A DNA stretch of 64,000 bases from Euglena gracilis (Eukaryota). Below, piece after piece: positions 22,832-33,607 of the stretch. The position numbers and the translations under genes were made by a program. The DNA is taken from the NCBI GenBank assembly GCA_039621445.1, contig CP154954.1:29645411-29709410 (forward strand), written 5' to 3'. The notes below the pieces were generated by a model. It was not told where the DNA came from, ran no database searches, and worked only from the letters and a program-made list of their open reading frames with translations. Position 1 is the stretch's first letter. Every line of letters starts with the position of its first letter.

Positions 22832-24829
22832 CATTGTTGTTCATGTATGTACTTATGTAAGTGATGTATGTATGTATGTATGTATGTATGTATGTATGTA
22901 TGTATGTATGTATGTATGTATGTATGTATGTATGTATGTATGTATGTATGTATGTATGTATGTATGTATGTATGTGTGTATGTATGTATGTATGTATGTA
23001 TGTATGTATGTATGTATGTATGTATGTATGTATGTATGTATGTATGTATGTATGTATGTGAGTGTATGTATGTGTGTATGTACGCATGTGCATATGTATA
23101 TATGTATGTGTGTGTGTGTGTGCGTGTTCTTAACAATTTATGTGATTCTTTTTTGGTGGATTGCGTTAATTTGAGTTTCATTTTATTGCTGGACAGGATT
23201 TTTTGACAGAAAATATGCAGTTAAGCAAAACACAACAAAATTGATTTTTGGTTCTGATACCACCTGAGGTTTTTCCTATCAATGATTTCTATGCAGAGAT
23301 GAGCCCATGTTTGGCGGTCAATTCAAAGCCCCTTAGGCCGTTTAAAAAATTGGGGGGTTTAGTTGTCCTTTTTTGCAGCTAAATTTGTTGCTTCCCTGCT
23401 CAAATTCGACATTTTTAAAGCTTCTTGGAAGCACATCTGAGGTTCCATTTCGGGTGCGAGAGTTTGCAGCCAAAAGTGCCATTTTGTGCACTTTTTGGGC
23501 AAAAAATTCTCAAAAATGAAAAAAAAAGCAAAAAGCGCCGGAAGGAAAATTTTGACCTTTTTGGGTGGGGTCCATCCCCCTCCCCTCTTGTTTTGTCCGG
23601 ACCCCCCACCGGTTTGGGGAGGGACACCCTCCTTATATCGAACCCTGCCCAATCAAATGTGCAAATAAAGCCCTGGCACTAAAACCAACCCGAGCGATGC
23701 TGTTTGGATCGGCATGGCCCAATCCATATGGTGACACGGTGACAGGCGTGGCCGACCTGGGGGATGTGCTGAAGGAAGGCCAGGGTTGACTGACCTAACC
23801 GCTTTGTCCTGCAGACCCCCTTTCTTTTCACCTGTTTTGATGACGATAAACTTGACAGGCAAAAAATTCTAAATAAACACAATTATTTGTTCTTCCTGAA
23901 TTGTTCGCCATTCTGTTTTGGCCGGTTGGGATTTGCGTTGGTATTTGTGATGAAATCTGTGTTGTGATTTGTGTTGGGATTTGTGTTGAAATTTGTGTTG
24001 GGATCTGCGTTGGCGTTTATGTTGAAATTTGCGTTTTTTTGGGATCTTGTTGGGATCCGAAGGGTTACCCCCATTTAATACCTTTTCCCAGCTGGTTGGC
24101 TGGACCCCCCTGGGGGTTAACTCATGGTGGGGGGTTAAGAATTTCCCTGTATGGCATTCCCAGGGTCCTTTTTCACACCAGGCTTATAATCGTTGCAAAC
24201 AGCTGCCCACCGCACCTTTCTTGCGCACACTTCGCATTCTCCGTCAGCCATGAAGGCGGTTCCCTGAGGACGCTGCATGTGTACTCCCTGCAGGATCCGG
24301 TATCTCCCAGCCCCGCCCTGTTGGATGCGCGAAGGTTTGGCGGTGTGGTGAGGACAACATGCCATTGTGGCAGCAGTGGCACCCACAGTGCTAATGCGAC
24401 CGCGACCGCATGCTGGGAGAGTGAGGCATCGTGCATCGTTTTCTGGGCGTTCGTCACAGACGTGGTTTTTTGCGCCTCCGGGCGGTAAATGCTGCTTTTT
24501 TTTGCACGGCGGCCGCGGCGGAAAAGGGGTCACCGCGTCCGCGCCCATTTTGCTGCTTTTTTCGCATGCCTGACGGGGCGGAAAAGGGGTCTCCGTGTCC
24601 GCGGTCCTTCACAACAATCAGGTGAAGGCTTTGCAGGCCACCCCCCCCCCCACCTGTCGTGGGCTCTTTCTCTGCAACGTACCTGCAGGTCAACCCGGGG
24701 GCGATGGCCCAGCGGGTGGCGGACTGCTACGGGCCAGCAGCAGAGCGGTGGGTGCACGACGCCCCCGCCCACATCGTGCCCCAGACGCCCGCCGACCTCC
24801 AGCGCTACATCCAATTCCTGGGCCTGTGA
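2749..24829 (+). CDS. Multi-exon secreted GDSL/SGNH esterase-lipase-like gene (gene span)
   Basis: Signal peptide, block I VVFGDSLS, SNGKLWVEY, block II LAGATA, SLSGQLQQY, block III FIGQND, RRLLV and a block V-like LHNNQVNP occur in the correct order across exons. Joining the 5' half (2749-6285) to the 3' half (23690-24829) is inferred, and at least one middle exon was probably not found. Confidence 0.75.
3374..3494 (+). CDS. GDSL exon 2 (block I: RRVVVFGDSLSSIDAG...RKSNGKLW)
   Basis: Canonical GDSL motif followed by the SNG-x-x-W motif. Confidence 0.85.
3495..4113 (+). other. Nonconventional (non-GT-AG) intron
   Basis: Starts GGC-CAGGGAG and ends CTCCCTG-CCACC (7-bp perfect stem, CAG +4..+6 / CTG -8..-6). 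Removal gives TG|G GTG GAG TAC = SNGKLWVEY. Confidence 0.85.
4114..4181 (+). CDS. GDSL exon 3 (WVEYADLPMLTDLALAGATATVQ; block II)
   Basis: AGATA oxyanion-hole block, GC3-rich codons, bounded by two nonconventional introns. Confidence 0.8.
4182..4466 (+). other. Nonconventional intron
   Basis: Starts GCG-CAGGGTG and ends CACCCTG-GCCGC (7-bp perfect stem, extendable). Y|R...Y|R junctions, and T|AC continues a GC3-rich frame (YASAAISAT). Confidence 0.7.
4467..4860 (+). CDS. GDSL internal exons (~4467-4495, ~4563-4615, ~4750-4858); boundaries unresolved
   Basis: GC3-rich segments YASAAIS, GFSGSCQALLPENTAVS and LSGQLQQYLSASPP...; joining the last two gives the GDSL-like VSLSGQLQQY. No GT-AG pairs fit. 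Confidence 0.5.
5722..5870 (+). CDS. GDSL exon with block III (SCFVVFIGQNDISYTAGQLL...VGAVARLAARG)
   Basis: IGxND motif and the following amphipathic helix ending L-x-x-x-G. Ends approximate. Confidence 0.85.
6244..6285 (+). CDS. GDSL exon (RRLLVALAGSLW), approximate
   Basis: Matches the G-A-R-x-hydrophobic strand that follows block III in GDSL proteins. Confidence 0.5.
8053..8442. mobile_element. MITE-like element with AAATRTAAAGCCCCCC repeats
   Basis: The motif occurs five times in direct orientation and once inverted at the right end. Confidence 0.5.
9358..10200. repeat. ~120-bp tandem repeat (about 4-5 units) bracketed by (CCCCCCATA)n tracts
   Basis: Recurrent TTGTGGTCAAATCGCGCGATGTATGCAACTGTTC and TCTACCGATC. 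CCCCCCATA arrays at 9358-9485 and 10135-10200. Confidence 0.9.
10202..13005 (+). mobile_element. Two head-to-tail copies (10202-11691; 11692-~13005, 3'-truncated) of an unclassified non-coding element
   Basis: Both start CAGGGTGTGACGTAGAGCTGAGCTCTTT and align along their length. Unit 1 ends GTAAGCTTCGCTCTTA...AAGAGCTCAGCGAC. Confidence 0.8.
13690..15200. repeat. Degenerate GT-rich minisatellite (~40-45 bp period)
   Basis: Recurring CGGAAGTTCGGTGGG and AACACCATGG-like motifs. Confidence 0.65.
15240..20860. repeat. ~800-bp tandem repeat (4-5 diverged units), interrupted at ~17420-19810
   Basis: GGAGAGAGCTGTGTCTCAC recurs near 15345, 16106, 16917 and 20070; GAGCTGCAAG-GAAATTTG recurs near 15655, 16426, 17241 and 20379. 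Confidence 0.9.
17430..19810 (-). mobile_element. Decayed, 5'-truncated non-LTR retrotransposon fragment (RNase H C-terminus, CCHC zinc finger, long C-terminal region)
   Basis: Across frameshifts: LEKVRAHDE...NDIVDGWAKKAA (RNase H KVxAH...NxxxDxxAK) and CLGCGAPVEDEEHILSGC (C-x2-C-x7-H-x4-C, zf-RVT type). Abrupt GC-rich insertion into a tandem unit. Confidence 0.75.
20805..21915. repeat. ~250-bp direct duplication (20805-21060 and 21660-21915)
   Basis: GAGCAAGCAAAGGCCAGGTACCGGGTTGG...AAAATGGGCCGCCGCGAGC is present twice. Confidence 0.85.
22120..22630. repeat. Short tandem repeats (GAACTTCGTACGA ~84-bp units; GGATGAGGGCGTGCCCGCTGGGGG x3)
   Basis: Seen directly; the second motif also occurs near 13290. 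Confidence 0.7.
22801..23125. repeat. Compound microsatellite (TTG)n, (TATG)n, (TG)n
   Basis: Seen directly. Confidence 0.97.
23690..23765 (+). CDS. Candidate GDSL exon (AMLFGSAWPNPYGDTVTGVADLGD), approximate
   Basis: Coding-like composition. The following GTGCTGAAGGAAGG is 11/14 complementary to CCTTTCTTGCGCAC before the next exon, and the join is in frame. No conserved motif. Confidence 0.4.
24229..24829 (+). CDS. GDSL 3' exons (~24229-24420, 24587-24621, 24689-24829)
   Basis: ...SLRTLHVYSLQDPVSPSPALLDARRFGGVVRTTCHCG...CWE / RVSVSAVLHNNQ / VNPG...FLGL*. GT-AG introns are phase compatible, and CTGAC precedes the 24586 acceptor. Confidence 0.7.
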
Positions 24830-26339
24830 CGCCCGCCGCGACGTGCTCAACCTCTCAATTGTGCTCTCAACTGCATTGAGTGCAGGTGCACAAACGTCCA
24901 TTTTTCTGGTGTACATTACGCCTATTTGCCCCCTCGCACAGCACTTTTCTTCTTCTTTCCACACTCTTTTTCTGCTGTCTGTTTGCTTTTATAATTTCCT
25001 GGAATTTTTTTCAGTCCTCACCTGGATGTGGAACAGGGGTTTTTTTTTTTAGTCTTGGACCCTCTCCCCCGGGGAGGGGGGTAGGGTGGGTGGGTCCCTT
25101 GGACCCCTCCCCCCCGGGGGGGTTGGGGCTGGTGGGTATATCTTTTTTGGCGCCGAAAATTTTGAAAACGGTGCTATTTTTAGCATTTTCGAGCAAAAGT
25201 GGGTGGTCCCCCAGGATCCCCCCCCCTGGGGGGCCCCCCCTTTGGGGGGGGGGGGGTGGGTGCCGCCCCCCCGTCCCTCCTCCCCCCCAGTCTAAAAAAA
25301 AAACCCTGATGTGGAAGCCCTGAGTAGGCTTCTGCTTAAGAAATATTGGTGCCTCCAGGGGGAACTGCAGCTGGCCCAAAGTCAGGGATCTGTTAGGCGC
25401 TGGGGAGAAGTTCTTGACCCCCAACCCAAAATGCCCTAAATGCCCATTTTTGGCTTTTTGGGGGGGGAGCAACCAACAAAAATCTTTAAACGTTTCAGCC
25501 CCCCCCCCCAACGCAAGGTATTAAAAAAAAAGTGGGTATTGACTAGTTTTTGGCTCCAAACCCCCCCACCCAGTGGGCGGTCGGCCAGGATTGGCTGAAA
25601 GTGACCACCTGGCACCAAAAGGCCAATTTTGGGGGGATTTTCCACCAAAATTCTTTGATTTTTGGCCATTTTTGTCCGACTGGCCAAAGTGACCAACCCC
25701 TCCCCCCCCCCCCCGGGGGAAGTGGGTGACTGGTTTTCGAAAAGTGACTGACAGGTTTTTGAAAGTGGAAAGTAACCCCCCAGGGGAGGTTGGTAAGCAG
25801 TGGTATGGTTCCGACCTGGGGGGGGGGAGACCCTCCCTCCTCCTCCCCGTTCACTCAATACCCTGCCGCCAAGAGGGAGTTTCTAGCTGGTGGACTGCCT
25901 TCAGCTCAGTCCAGTGGACCCCAGGGGCCTTGGGCAAAGGCCTGGCCCTGAGTAAACCCTTTAGAAGGAGCCGAGACAAGGATTTCAAGTAAGTTTGAAG
26001 GAAGACATCAGCAAGCGTGCATGCACATGGAGCTGCACACATCACCACCAATGGCGAAAGAGGGTTTCACAAAAGAAAGTGCACGGAACCGTCCCAACAA
26101 TAAAACAGCAGAACCATTTTGAGTTCAGGAATTTGTGAAAATGAATCATGAAGACCCGATCTCACAACTGAAAGAGAGAATCTTGCGAAGCAAGGCTTTG
26201 GTGCATTGGTGCGAGAGTATATCTGAAGGCAGGGCTGACCCCCCTGGGCTCCTGCCTGTCAGGCATAACTGTTTTTGAAGGCGAAAAAATTTCAAACATT
26301 TAGGTTTTAAGGGTTTTTTCGGGCAGGTTGGTTTGCTAA
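24296..26339. repeat. Segmental duplication, copy B (matches 1-2049)
   Basis: Offset about 24.3 kb, same orientation. Confidence 0.95.
25034..25308. mobile_element. hAT-like MITE, 8-bp TSD ATGTGGAA
   Basis: CAGGGGTTTT...AAAACCCTG with perfect direct repeats at 25026-33 and 25309-16. Confidence 0.85.
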
Positions 26340-27377
26340 CCCGTGTTCCCAAAGCCCGAAACCACATCACAGCGGTGCACGACTCGGATTCAAGGCAGGC
26401 AAACAACAGGCCACACCCAGTGCGTCCTTCAACATCAATGCGCGTGTGCGCATTCCCTCCTTCCCACAGCCTGTGTCTATTTCCAAAAAATGTGCAGGCG
26501 CATTCTTTGAGGTTTCAAGAAATGCGCAGGTGCGCATTCTTCGGCCTTGATACTCAGTGACACCCCTGTTGTTTTGACCTTGGGAGGGCTGCGTCTCCAT
26601 GGCTGCAAGGTGCTCCTTCCCATGCTCATCCTGGGTTCACCAGGCCCTGCCCCCCCGGAAGCCATCAGCATGCATCGGTGAACACAAGGTAGCACACCCA
26701 GGTCCAGGTTGTCCTGCGTTGTCCGTGTTCCGCGTGCCGTGTGGAGTGTGCCGAGTGTGTGTCCAGCCACGCACTGTACCACAGTCGTCGGGAAACAGCT
26801 GTAAACAGCATGATACGTAGTTGAACCAGTAAACAGGGGGTAGTCCTTGTGGTCGTGTAATATCCAAACAGCTCATTTTTGTGGTGTTTACACCCAGTTT
26901 GAAAGAGACATCAAGCCATCTAGAATGCGCACCTGCGCACACCGCTTCCGAAATGCGCGGATGCGCATGTTCACTAAAACTGTCAGAATTTTGTAACTCG
27001 ACAAGAAAAGTGCACTCCCGGCCGTCTAAGTTGCACAGCACATTTTGAGTTTTCAACGTTTCTAGATTTCTGATGCATTTCTTGCAATCCGCATGGCCTG
27101 CTGGATCGGGGCAGGGGAAAGGGTTCTCGACTGACCCGGGACACCCGCGATGATCCTCACCTGCCCCTCTTGTCTAAGAACCAGGAAAGGAAAGCAGGGG
27201 ACTTTAAGGGACAGGAAAGGTTTTTTTTATTTATTTTCTTAAGGACCTTCCCCGTGCCGCGGAACCTTCCTTTTGGTCCCGCGGCACCGGGGAACCTGAG
27301 AATTGGCCCTCTTCAGGGACCAACTTAGGCCAGAGGTTAGGTTTCGTTTTGGGAAGATTTTTGAGTCGTCCGTTGGC

Positions 27378-27423
27378 CAGGGTTTGATATAAGGAGGGCG
27401 TACATGGTTTAGGTGGGGGGGGT

Positions 27424-27456
<33 letters not shown>

Positions 27457-27826
27457 TTGCCCGCAGGGGGGACGCCGCACCCCCCCCCCCCCCCACCTGC
27501 CAGGGGGTCCGGACCGACCCTCGGGGGGGTTCCCGGGGCCCCCCCCAAAAAGGGTCAATTTTTTCCTCCGGCGCTTTGCGCCAAAATTTTTTTGCATTTT
27601 TGGCACATTTTTGCCCAAAAAGTGCCCAAAATGGCACTTTTGGTCGTTTTGGGGGGTCAAAAATTTTCGGCCCGGCGCTTCGCGCCAGGCCGAAATTCGG
27701 TAACCCAGACCGCGCACCTGTTTAGGTGGGGGGGTGTGCCCCCCCCCCCCCCCCGCCGCCCCCCCCTCCTGGCCCGCAGGGGGGGTCCGGACCTCCCCCC
27801 CCCACCTGTCCTTATATCGAACCCTG
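27378..27826. mobile_element. hAT-like MITE, 8-bp TSD CCGTTGGC
   Basis: TIR CAGGGTTTGATATAAGG / CCTTATATCGAACCCTG (16/17); perfect TSD. A solo right TIR of this family lies at 23631-23647. Confidence 0.9.
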
Positions 27827-28519
27827 CCGTTGGCCCCAAAAATGCCTGAATTCGGCCTAAATTCGTCCGCGGCCTCACTTCACCTTCACTTCACTCACTT
27901 CCCCTCACTCCTCCTTCGAAGATCGGGGAGCCCGACGGGAGGCCGATCGTAACCCTAACCCTATTTCAATCAATAACCCCGACTTTCCCCGGAAGGTTGG
28001 ACCCAGGTCCCACCATAACCCGCCCCCCTTGTCCAACGACCGGGCTTGTCTAACGACCACCCCCCCGGTCAGAGACGATCTTTTTGTATACTACGTTGGT
28101 TTGGCCAAAATTGCTAAAAAGTTGGTTAAAAAACAGTCAAAAATAGCCCAAAATGGCCTAAAATGGCCAAAGCCCCCCCCCCCCGATCCAACTATATGCC
28201 ACCCGTAGTTGGGAGCTGCCTCATTTTTTCCCCGATGTTGACCTGTTCTCGCCGAAAAATGCCAAATTTCCTTACCCATTTTCCTGTGTATCTTTCATGG
28301 AATGTGCTGGGACAGCAAAGGTTGTTTTTTTTTTTTCATTTGAGGACCGCCCTGAAGGAAAGAGGGTGCTGAACTGAACCTCGTCGAACAGAGGGGCTGC
28401 TCGGAAAGCTGGAAAGGGGGCGAACAAGTGGCCGCCGGGAGCTTTGCAGCCCAACTTCCCTGTCAGAAAGCCCCCGCCCCACACCCATCCATTCGCATTC
28501 GCCACGCGCACCGCGTGGC

Positions 28520-29226
28520 GGACCGCGTTCCCCGGGTGTGCCCCGCGCCGCAGCGCCCGGGACACGCCGCGCGACACCGCCCCGGGCCCGCCCGCCAGGC
28601 CGCGGCGGCTGACCGCGGCCTCCGCGGCGGAGGCGGGCGACGGCGGTCTGCCGGCCCTGGCCGGCCCCGCGCCGCTCATGCGCCGGCGGCTGCGCCGGAG
28701 CTGCGACCTGGGGGTGCGGATGCCGTCCACCGACATGCTGCCCCCCGCCCGGTGATGGCCCTGTGGCCCGGCGCTGTGGTTGACCCCCCCCCCCAACCCT
28801 CCCCCTGGTGCGTGGGGGCGGACTGGACCTCCCCCCTTTTCCAAATTTCTGGGGCGATTTTTTGGGTCAAATGTTACTTTGCCCAGTGCCATGGTGGGCA
28901 GGGGACCTCCCCCCCCGAGAAACTGTCATTCGTGTAAGTATGTTCAGTGTGCCTGCAACTGCCTGGTCAGGTTTGGTCCCAGTGTTCCGGTGGGATGGGA
29001 ACGGTGCCGGTGCCAGGGGTTGACCTCTGGCCGCCACCGCCGGCGTCTGCCCACCGCCGTCCGCCCGGATCTCGGAGCGGCGGCCGGCGGCTGGTGGTGG
29101 GCGCCCGCCGTGGATGGGTTGGTGGATGACGAGAAGGTGTTCGTGCTGACGCGCACCGCATCCGGCCGGTGCCGGCGGCAGATGCAAGGCGGATCCCGCC
29201 CTGCGCAGGCGGGCCGACCGCACGAG
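28520..29226 (+). CDS. Candidate exons of an unknown gene (~28520-28751 and ~29020-29226)
   Basis: GC3-rich frames LMRRRLRRSCDLGVRMPSTDMLPP and VDGLVDDEKVFVLTRT, each followed by GT. No recognised domain; junctions unresolved. Confidence 0.35.
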
Positions 29227-29330
29227 GTTCTGGGTCCAACTCATCCCCCCCCCCCCCCCTGGACAGAGCACAACCACTCCCAAAAGCCTTCATTTCTACC
29301 GTGCTTTACGCCTTTCTTGGAGACAGGAAG

Positions 29331-29637
29331 CAGGCTGTATTTTAGCCAAGTGCCGCCCCCCCGCCCCCGGGGGAGGTCCCTGCCTGGGCAGGCCCTCCAA
29401 GCCCCCAAAATCCGACCCCGCACCGGGGGGGGGGGCAGGGCACTCCGCCAAAAGTGCCTAGCAGGCACTCCGGCACCGAAGGTGCCGGAAGGCTTTAAAA
29501 AGGCCTATTTTCAAGGGAAATGGCCTATTTTCTGAGGAAAGTTCCTGGGCACAGGCCGAAATCCAACCCGGGGGGGGGGGGTAGTGCCTGCCTGGGCAGC
29601 ACCCAAGGGCACTCCGGACCCGGTAAAAAAAAGCCTA
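29331..29637. mobile_element. hAT-like MITE, 8-bp TSD ACAGGAAG
   Basis: CAGGCTGTATTTTA / TAAAAAAAAGCCTA imperfect TIR; perfect TSD. Confidence 0.85.
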
Positions 29638-32397
29638 ACAGGAAGTTAAAGACGGGTGTGTTTTGCACGGCCTTTCTCAAAGCGATGGCATTAAGTGCAT
29701 CACAGGGCCGGTGCCACTCCGATCCGGCTTTGGTTTGGCGGATGGCCCCCCTGGCCCCGCCGCCAAGCCCAGCATCCCGGTGTGACGCTTCTCGCTGCCT
29801 GGGCCCCAGTCCCCCCGGCCCAGCAGCTGCCTCCCTCTAGCGAACTGCCACCCAAACGGCGGCGGCTGCAGTGTGCCCCCTATTTCAATGGATGTAATGG
29901 ATGTTCTGTGCATTGGTTTGCCATTCATTCTCAGCGATTCTTGCGGTGCATCTCCGGGGCCCAATCTCCCACCTCGTCTCTGGCCCTCTTCATGGGAGAG
30001 AGTGGACAGCAGTGTCCAATGAACACCCTGTGTCTCCCCTTTGTCTAAACACCACCCATGCTAAGTGCCAACCCCCCAGTCCTTACCCATCTTGTTACAG
30101 GTCATCTTCTCGGGGAGGCGTCTTTTGTGTGTGTTTTTAAGAAATATTTCTCGGAAATTTTCAATTATAAGAATTTCTGAAAACTTATTTGGTGAGGTAT
30201 TGTTAATTTTTGATTCCAATTGCCAACTGTGGACTCCAAAAATAAAAGATTTGATTTGGATTTGGATTTGGAACGGATGGCCTCCAACGCCCAAAGTGGG
30301 CAGTACGTCCATCCCGGAAAATATTGGGCAAAGGGAGTGGTAGGGGAGAGGGAAAGGGTAAGCGGGACAGGTGTATAATCGGAAGTGGGAGTGGATTGGC
30401 TTCAACTGACACCCAACCACCAACCTCAGATCCATACAAAGCGTAGACAAGAGAATGCAGGCAAAATGTGATTGTGGTGGGTTATGAAAGCGAAAATTGT
30501 CACACTCAGATAGCAAAGTTTAGATGGCATTAATAACATGGCGAAGGCAGTCAAGCGAGGGCAGTGACTAGCACTCAGGCCATCAAATGACCCTGTCTTC
30601 CACAATCAACCGAATATGGGAGGACGCATAGTTGACAGTATCGGAATGCAAGCAAACCGTCCGTGCATGGGGTGTGTTCATGGGATGTGGTGCCACCTCC
30701 CCGGCCAAGACTACAGACACATCACTGGATGGTGCATGCCAAGGGGGGCTGATATCTGGGCACACACCATCGTAGCTTCCCAAGACACACGTCAACAAGC
30801 AAACCCACCAAGCATCTGCATCAAAAATGGCCACCATGGGGACACGCATGAGAGTGGCTGGCACACCTTTGAGAATGGCGGAACAAAAATTGGTGACATA
30901 CTTCACAGAGATTTGCAGACCTTTGTGGTCAAAGGCGAACCACAACCAAAAAAAAAAACCAGGCCCGAAGCGCTCACAACCAAGCCTGGAGGACACACAA
31001 TAGGGTCCAGGATCATCTTGAAACATGGCACCAGAGGTTTCCACTCCAGTGGCCAAGAGACCCAGCGGCGTGATGGTCACAGACTCAGAGTTTAGCTCAT
31101 GAAGCCCTGATAGAAACACAAAAGCCGAGGCAGCTAAAAAGGGGGGGGAATGGCGAAATGGAAAGGCCAATGAAAGGCCTCAAGCTTACAAAATGGACAC
31201 TTCGCTACGTCCAAAAATAAAAGAAGTAGTTCTTTTTTTGTGTGAAGCGTTGTATTTTTTTGCGGTTTCTTACCCATACCTTGGCGAAATGAGCACCCCC
31301 CCCCCCCGGTTCTTACCCATCTTTTCTAGACAGGGGGGAAACCTCATAGGTCCATAAGCAGCTGCTGCTTGACTGCCATGGATAATGTGCAGCTGTCAAA
31401 TGAATACGGAGCCATAGCTGCCTGTTTTCCTGCTGCATTTTGTGGTAGTAGTGGGCCTCTTCGTCATATAAAGTCATACCTCGGCCGCTTTGTCAAGCCC
31501 TCTTTTGCATGCCTGATGTCCATTGCACCCGGAGCAGTTGTTTTATTTAAGTTTTGTGACCCAATGGATCCTGGCCGAGCCCCAACCTCGGGTCCCTGAG
31601 TGGTCCCCTGAGTGGGTACCCACCGGAAGCGGGGTTTTGTTCTATTTTCGGCAAGAAGCGCCGGAAAAAATTTTTGGACCCCAAAATTGAACCCCAAAAG
31701 TGGGTCCCCGAGCCCCTCCCCCTGGTGGGCCTGGACACCCCACAGAAAAGGTCCTAAAAGACCTCTGGCCGGAGGAGGGTAACCCCCCAAAGCATTAACC
31801 CCCAGCATTATATTTGGATGGGATTTCAAGACCCTCGGGGGTATTTGTGGGGGATCAAGTTTTGGATTGCCTCTGTGACCTTCGCGTCAAAATGAGTCAA
31901 ATACCAAATTCATACCCAAATTTCAGTTGTACATTTCCTGGTTTCACCAAAGTGCGCATTTTTTTTGCCTAAAAATGGAGGATACAATCATTTGGTTGTT
32001 TGGTGGGCGTTACACTGCGGGGTTTCTATTTGCAGGGGTTAAGGCGTTGGTGGCTGGTTTGATGAGGGTGGCCACATTGCAATTGCTCACCCCGCCAAGT
32101 TGCCCATGCGAACTCCTTGCGCCACGTATGCTCAGGGATGTGTCTGGATGCATACGTCATCATTGAGAAGCGTGCATGAGCATGGAGGGGCAAGGAAGCC
32201 TGTTGACTTTTTCCAATCTCGTACGCATTTGCATATTTCTCATGCCTTGAATGCATATGGCTAAGGTGCATCCAAACACATTCATTTTTGGGTGAGGGCG
32301 TGTATGGGCCAGTCCGGGTGAAGTTAAGATACATGCAGGTTAAGGATGGTGCTCCATACCACGAATTGCGTCGTCCTTCGAACCAAGTATTCATACA

Positions 32398-32538
32398 TAC
32401 CTCCCCCCCCCCTTGTCTAAGGACCCCCCTTGTCTAAGCACCACCCCCCTGGTTCTTACCCATATTTTGGCAAAATAAGCACCACCCCCCCGGTTCTTAC
32501 CCATCTTTTCCGGTGCTTAGACAAGGGGGGGTGAGGTA
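32398..32538. mobile_element. TA-flanked MITE
   Basis: TACCTCCCCCCCCCTTGTCTAAG / CTTAGACAAGGGGGGGTGAGGTA TIR. Related fragments near 28016 and 31290-31345. Confidence 0.75.
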
Positions 32539-33545
32539 ATCAGAACTCCATACTGAGTACGATGAATGCATTTCCCTTGGTGCCCACCGCCGTGAGCAAC
32601 CACGCACTGGATACTCAGCTTGCACGCACAATTCAGAGGGCCGACAGGGGCGAGTGTTGCTCTCATCGAACCTCTGCCAACGAGTTGTCCATTCGAGGCT
32701 GTGGTTGCATCTCTTTGTGGAAGGTGCTGCCCTGTCCACCATTTTCCCTCCCCGCTCCCTCGCCCACTTTCAGGCAGAGGGCAACCAATGGAAGACCCAC
32801 ACCCCCTTGGGGCAGCCAACATGGCTTTCGCAGTTGCAGGTCCAAAGAAGCTGGTTTTCTTTTTAGATTTCTTTGTCACGTTGTCATGGATAGACCACCT
32901 TTGTACATGCTTGATGAATGCAGATCTGTGGCGAGGGGTTCCCCCACCGGTGTGGGGTGGTTTCTCCCGGTCACCCTATAAATTTTAAATACAAAATGTT
33001 GAAGATGCCAAACTGAGATGAATAACAAAAAGTGATTTGCACAACATTGGATATATAGTTGTATTCGGACGCCCAGAGTTATTGGGTTTTTTTTTCCACA
33101 CTCATGCTGTTGATGTGGCATTGTGCCACAGAGGATATGCTGTTGCCACGTGCATGCCGTGGGTGTGTATTCCGCATGCATCTCTGTGTGTTTGTGTTTT
33201 CAGTGTACACTCTCTCCTACCACTGCTGCCGTCCCCTCGCACTGTTCTCTTCTCGCAAGGAATGAACATATAGCTACCAGGAAACTTATAGCTACTACCA
33301 ACAGGATCCTTTTTTTTGCTTCTTAGGGGAAACCCACCACCCCCGTATCCCCAAATTGTTTGCTCATCGTTGCTGCAAGTTTTTGTTTTCTGCGCTACCT
33401 AGTTGGTTGATCTTACATTTCAGCTGTTTCATGGCCCTTGTCTAATTGCACAAATTTCCAAGTTCCAATTTTTTTTCATTTTCCGGGTTAGTTCCAGGAC
33501 TTTTGAACTGCGGTTACACGCCGGCACTCTGTCGGCTCTGTAGAT

Positions 33546-33607
33546 CAGGTGTTTTTTTTCAGTCCAAGGACCCCACCCTCCCCCCCTGGTCTTAAAAAAA
33601 TCCCCTG
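33546..33607. mobile_element. 62-bp hAT-like MITE, TSD CTGTAGAT/GTGTAGAT
   Basis: CAGGTGTTTTTTT / AAAAAAATCCCCTG termini; 7/8 TSD. Confidence 0.65.

Noticed and set aside
22776-23206. HTYI / MYVC repeat ORFs (also the HT/CV ORFs at 48796-49970)
   Set aside because: Microsatellite translations.
24421-24604. GT-GG intron before the LHNNQ mini-exon
   Set aside because: An in-frame AAG acceptor at 24586 with an upstream CTGAC gives a conventional intron and better motif spacing.
27950-27963. Telomeric (CCCTAA) repeat
   Set aside because: Only two units.
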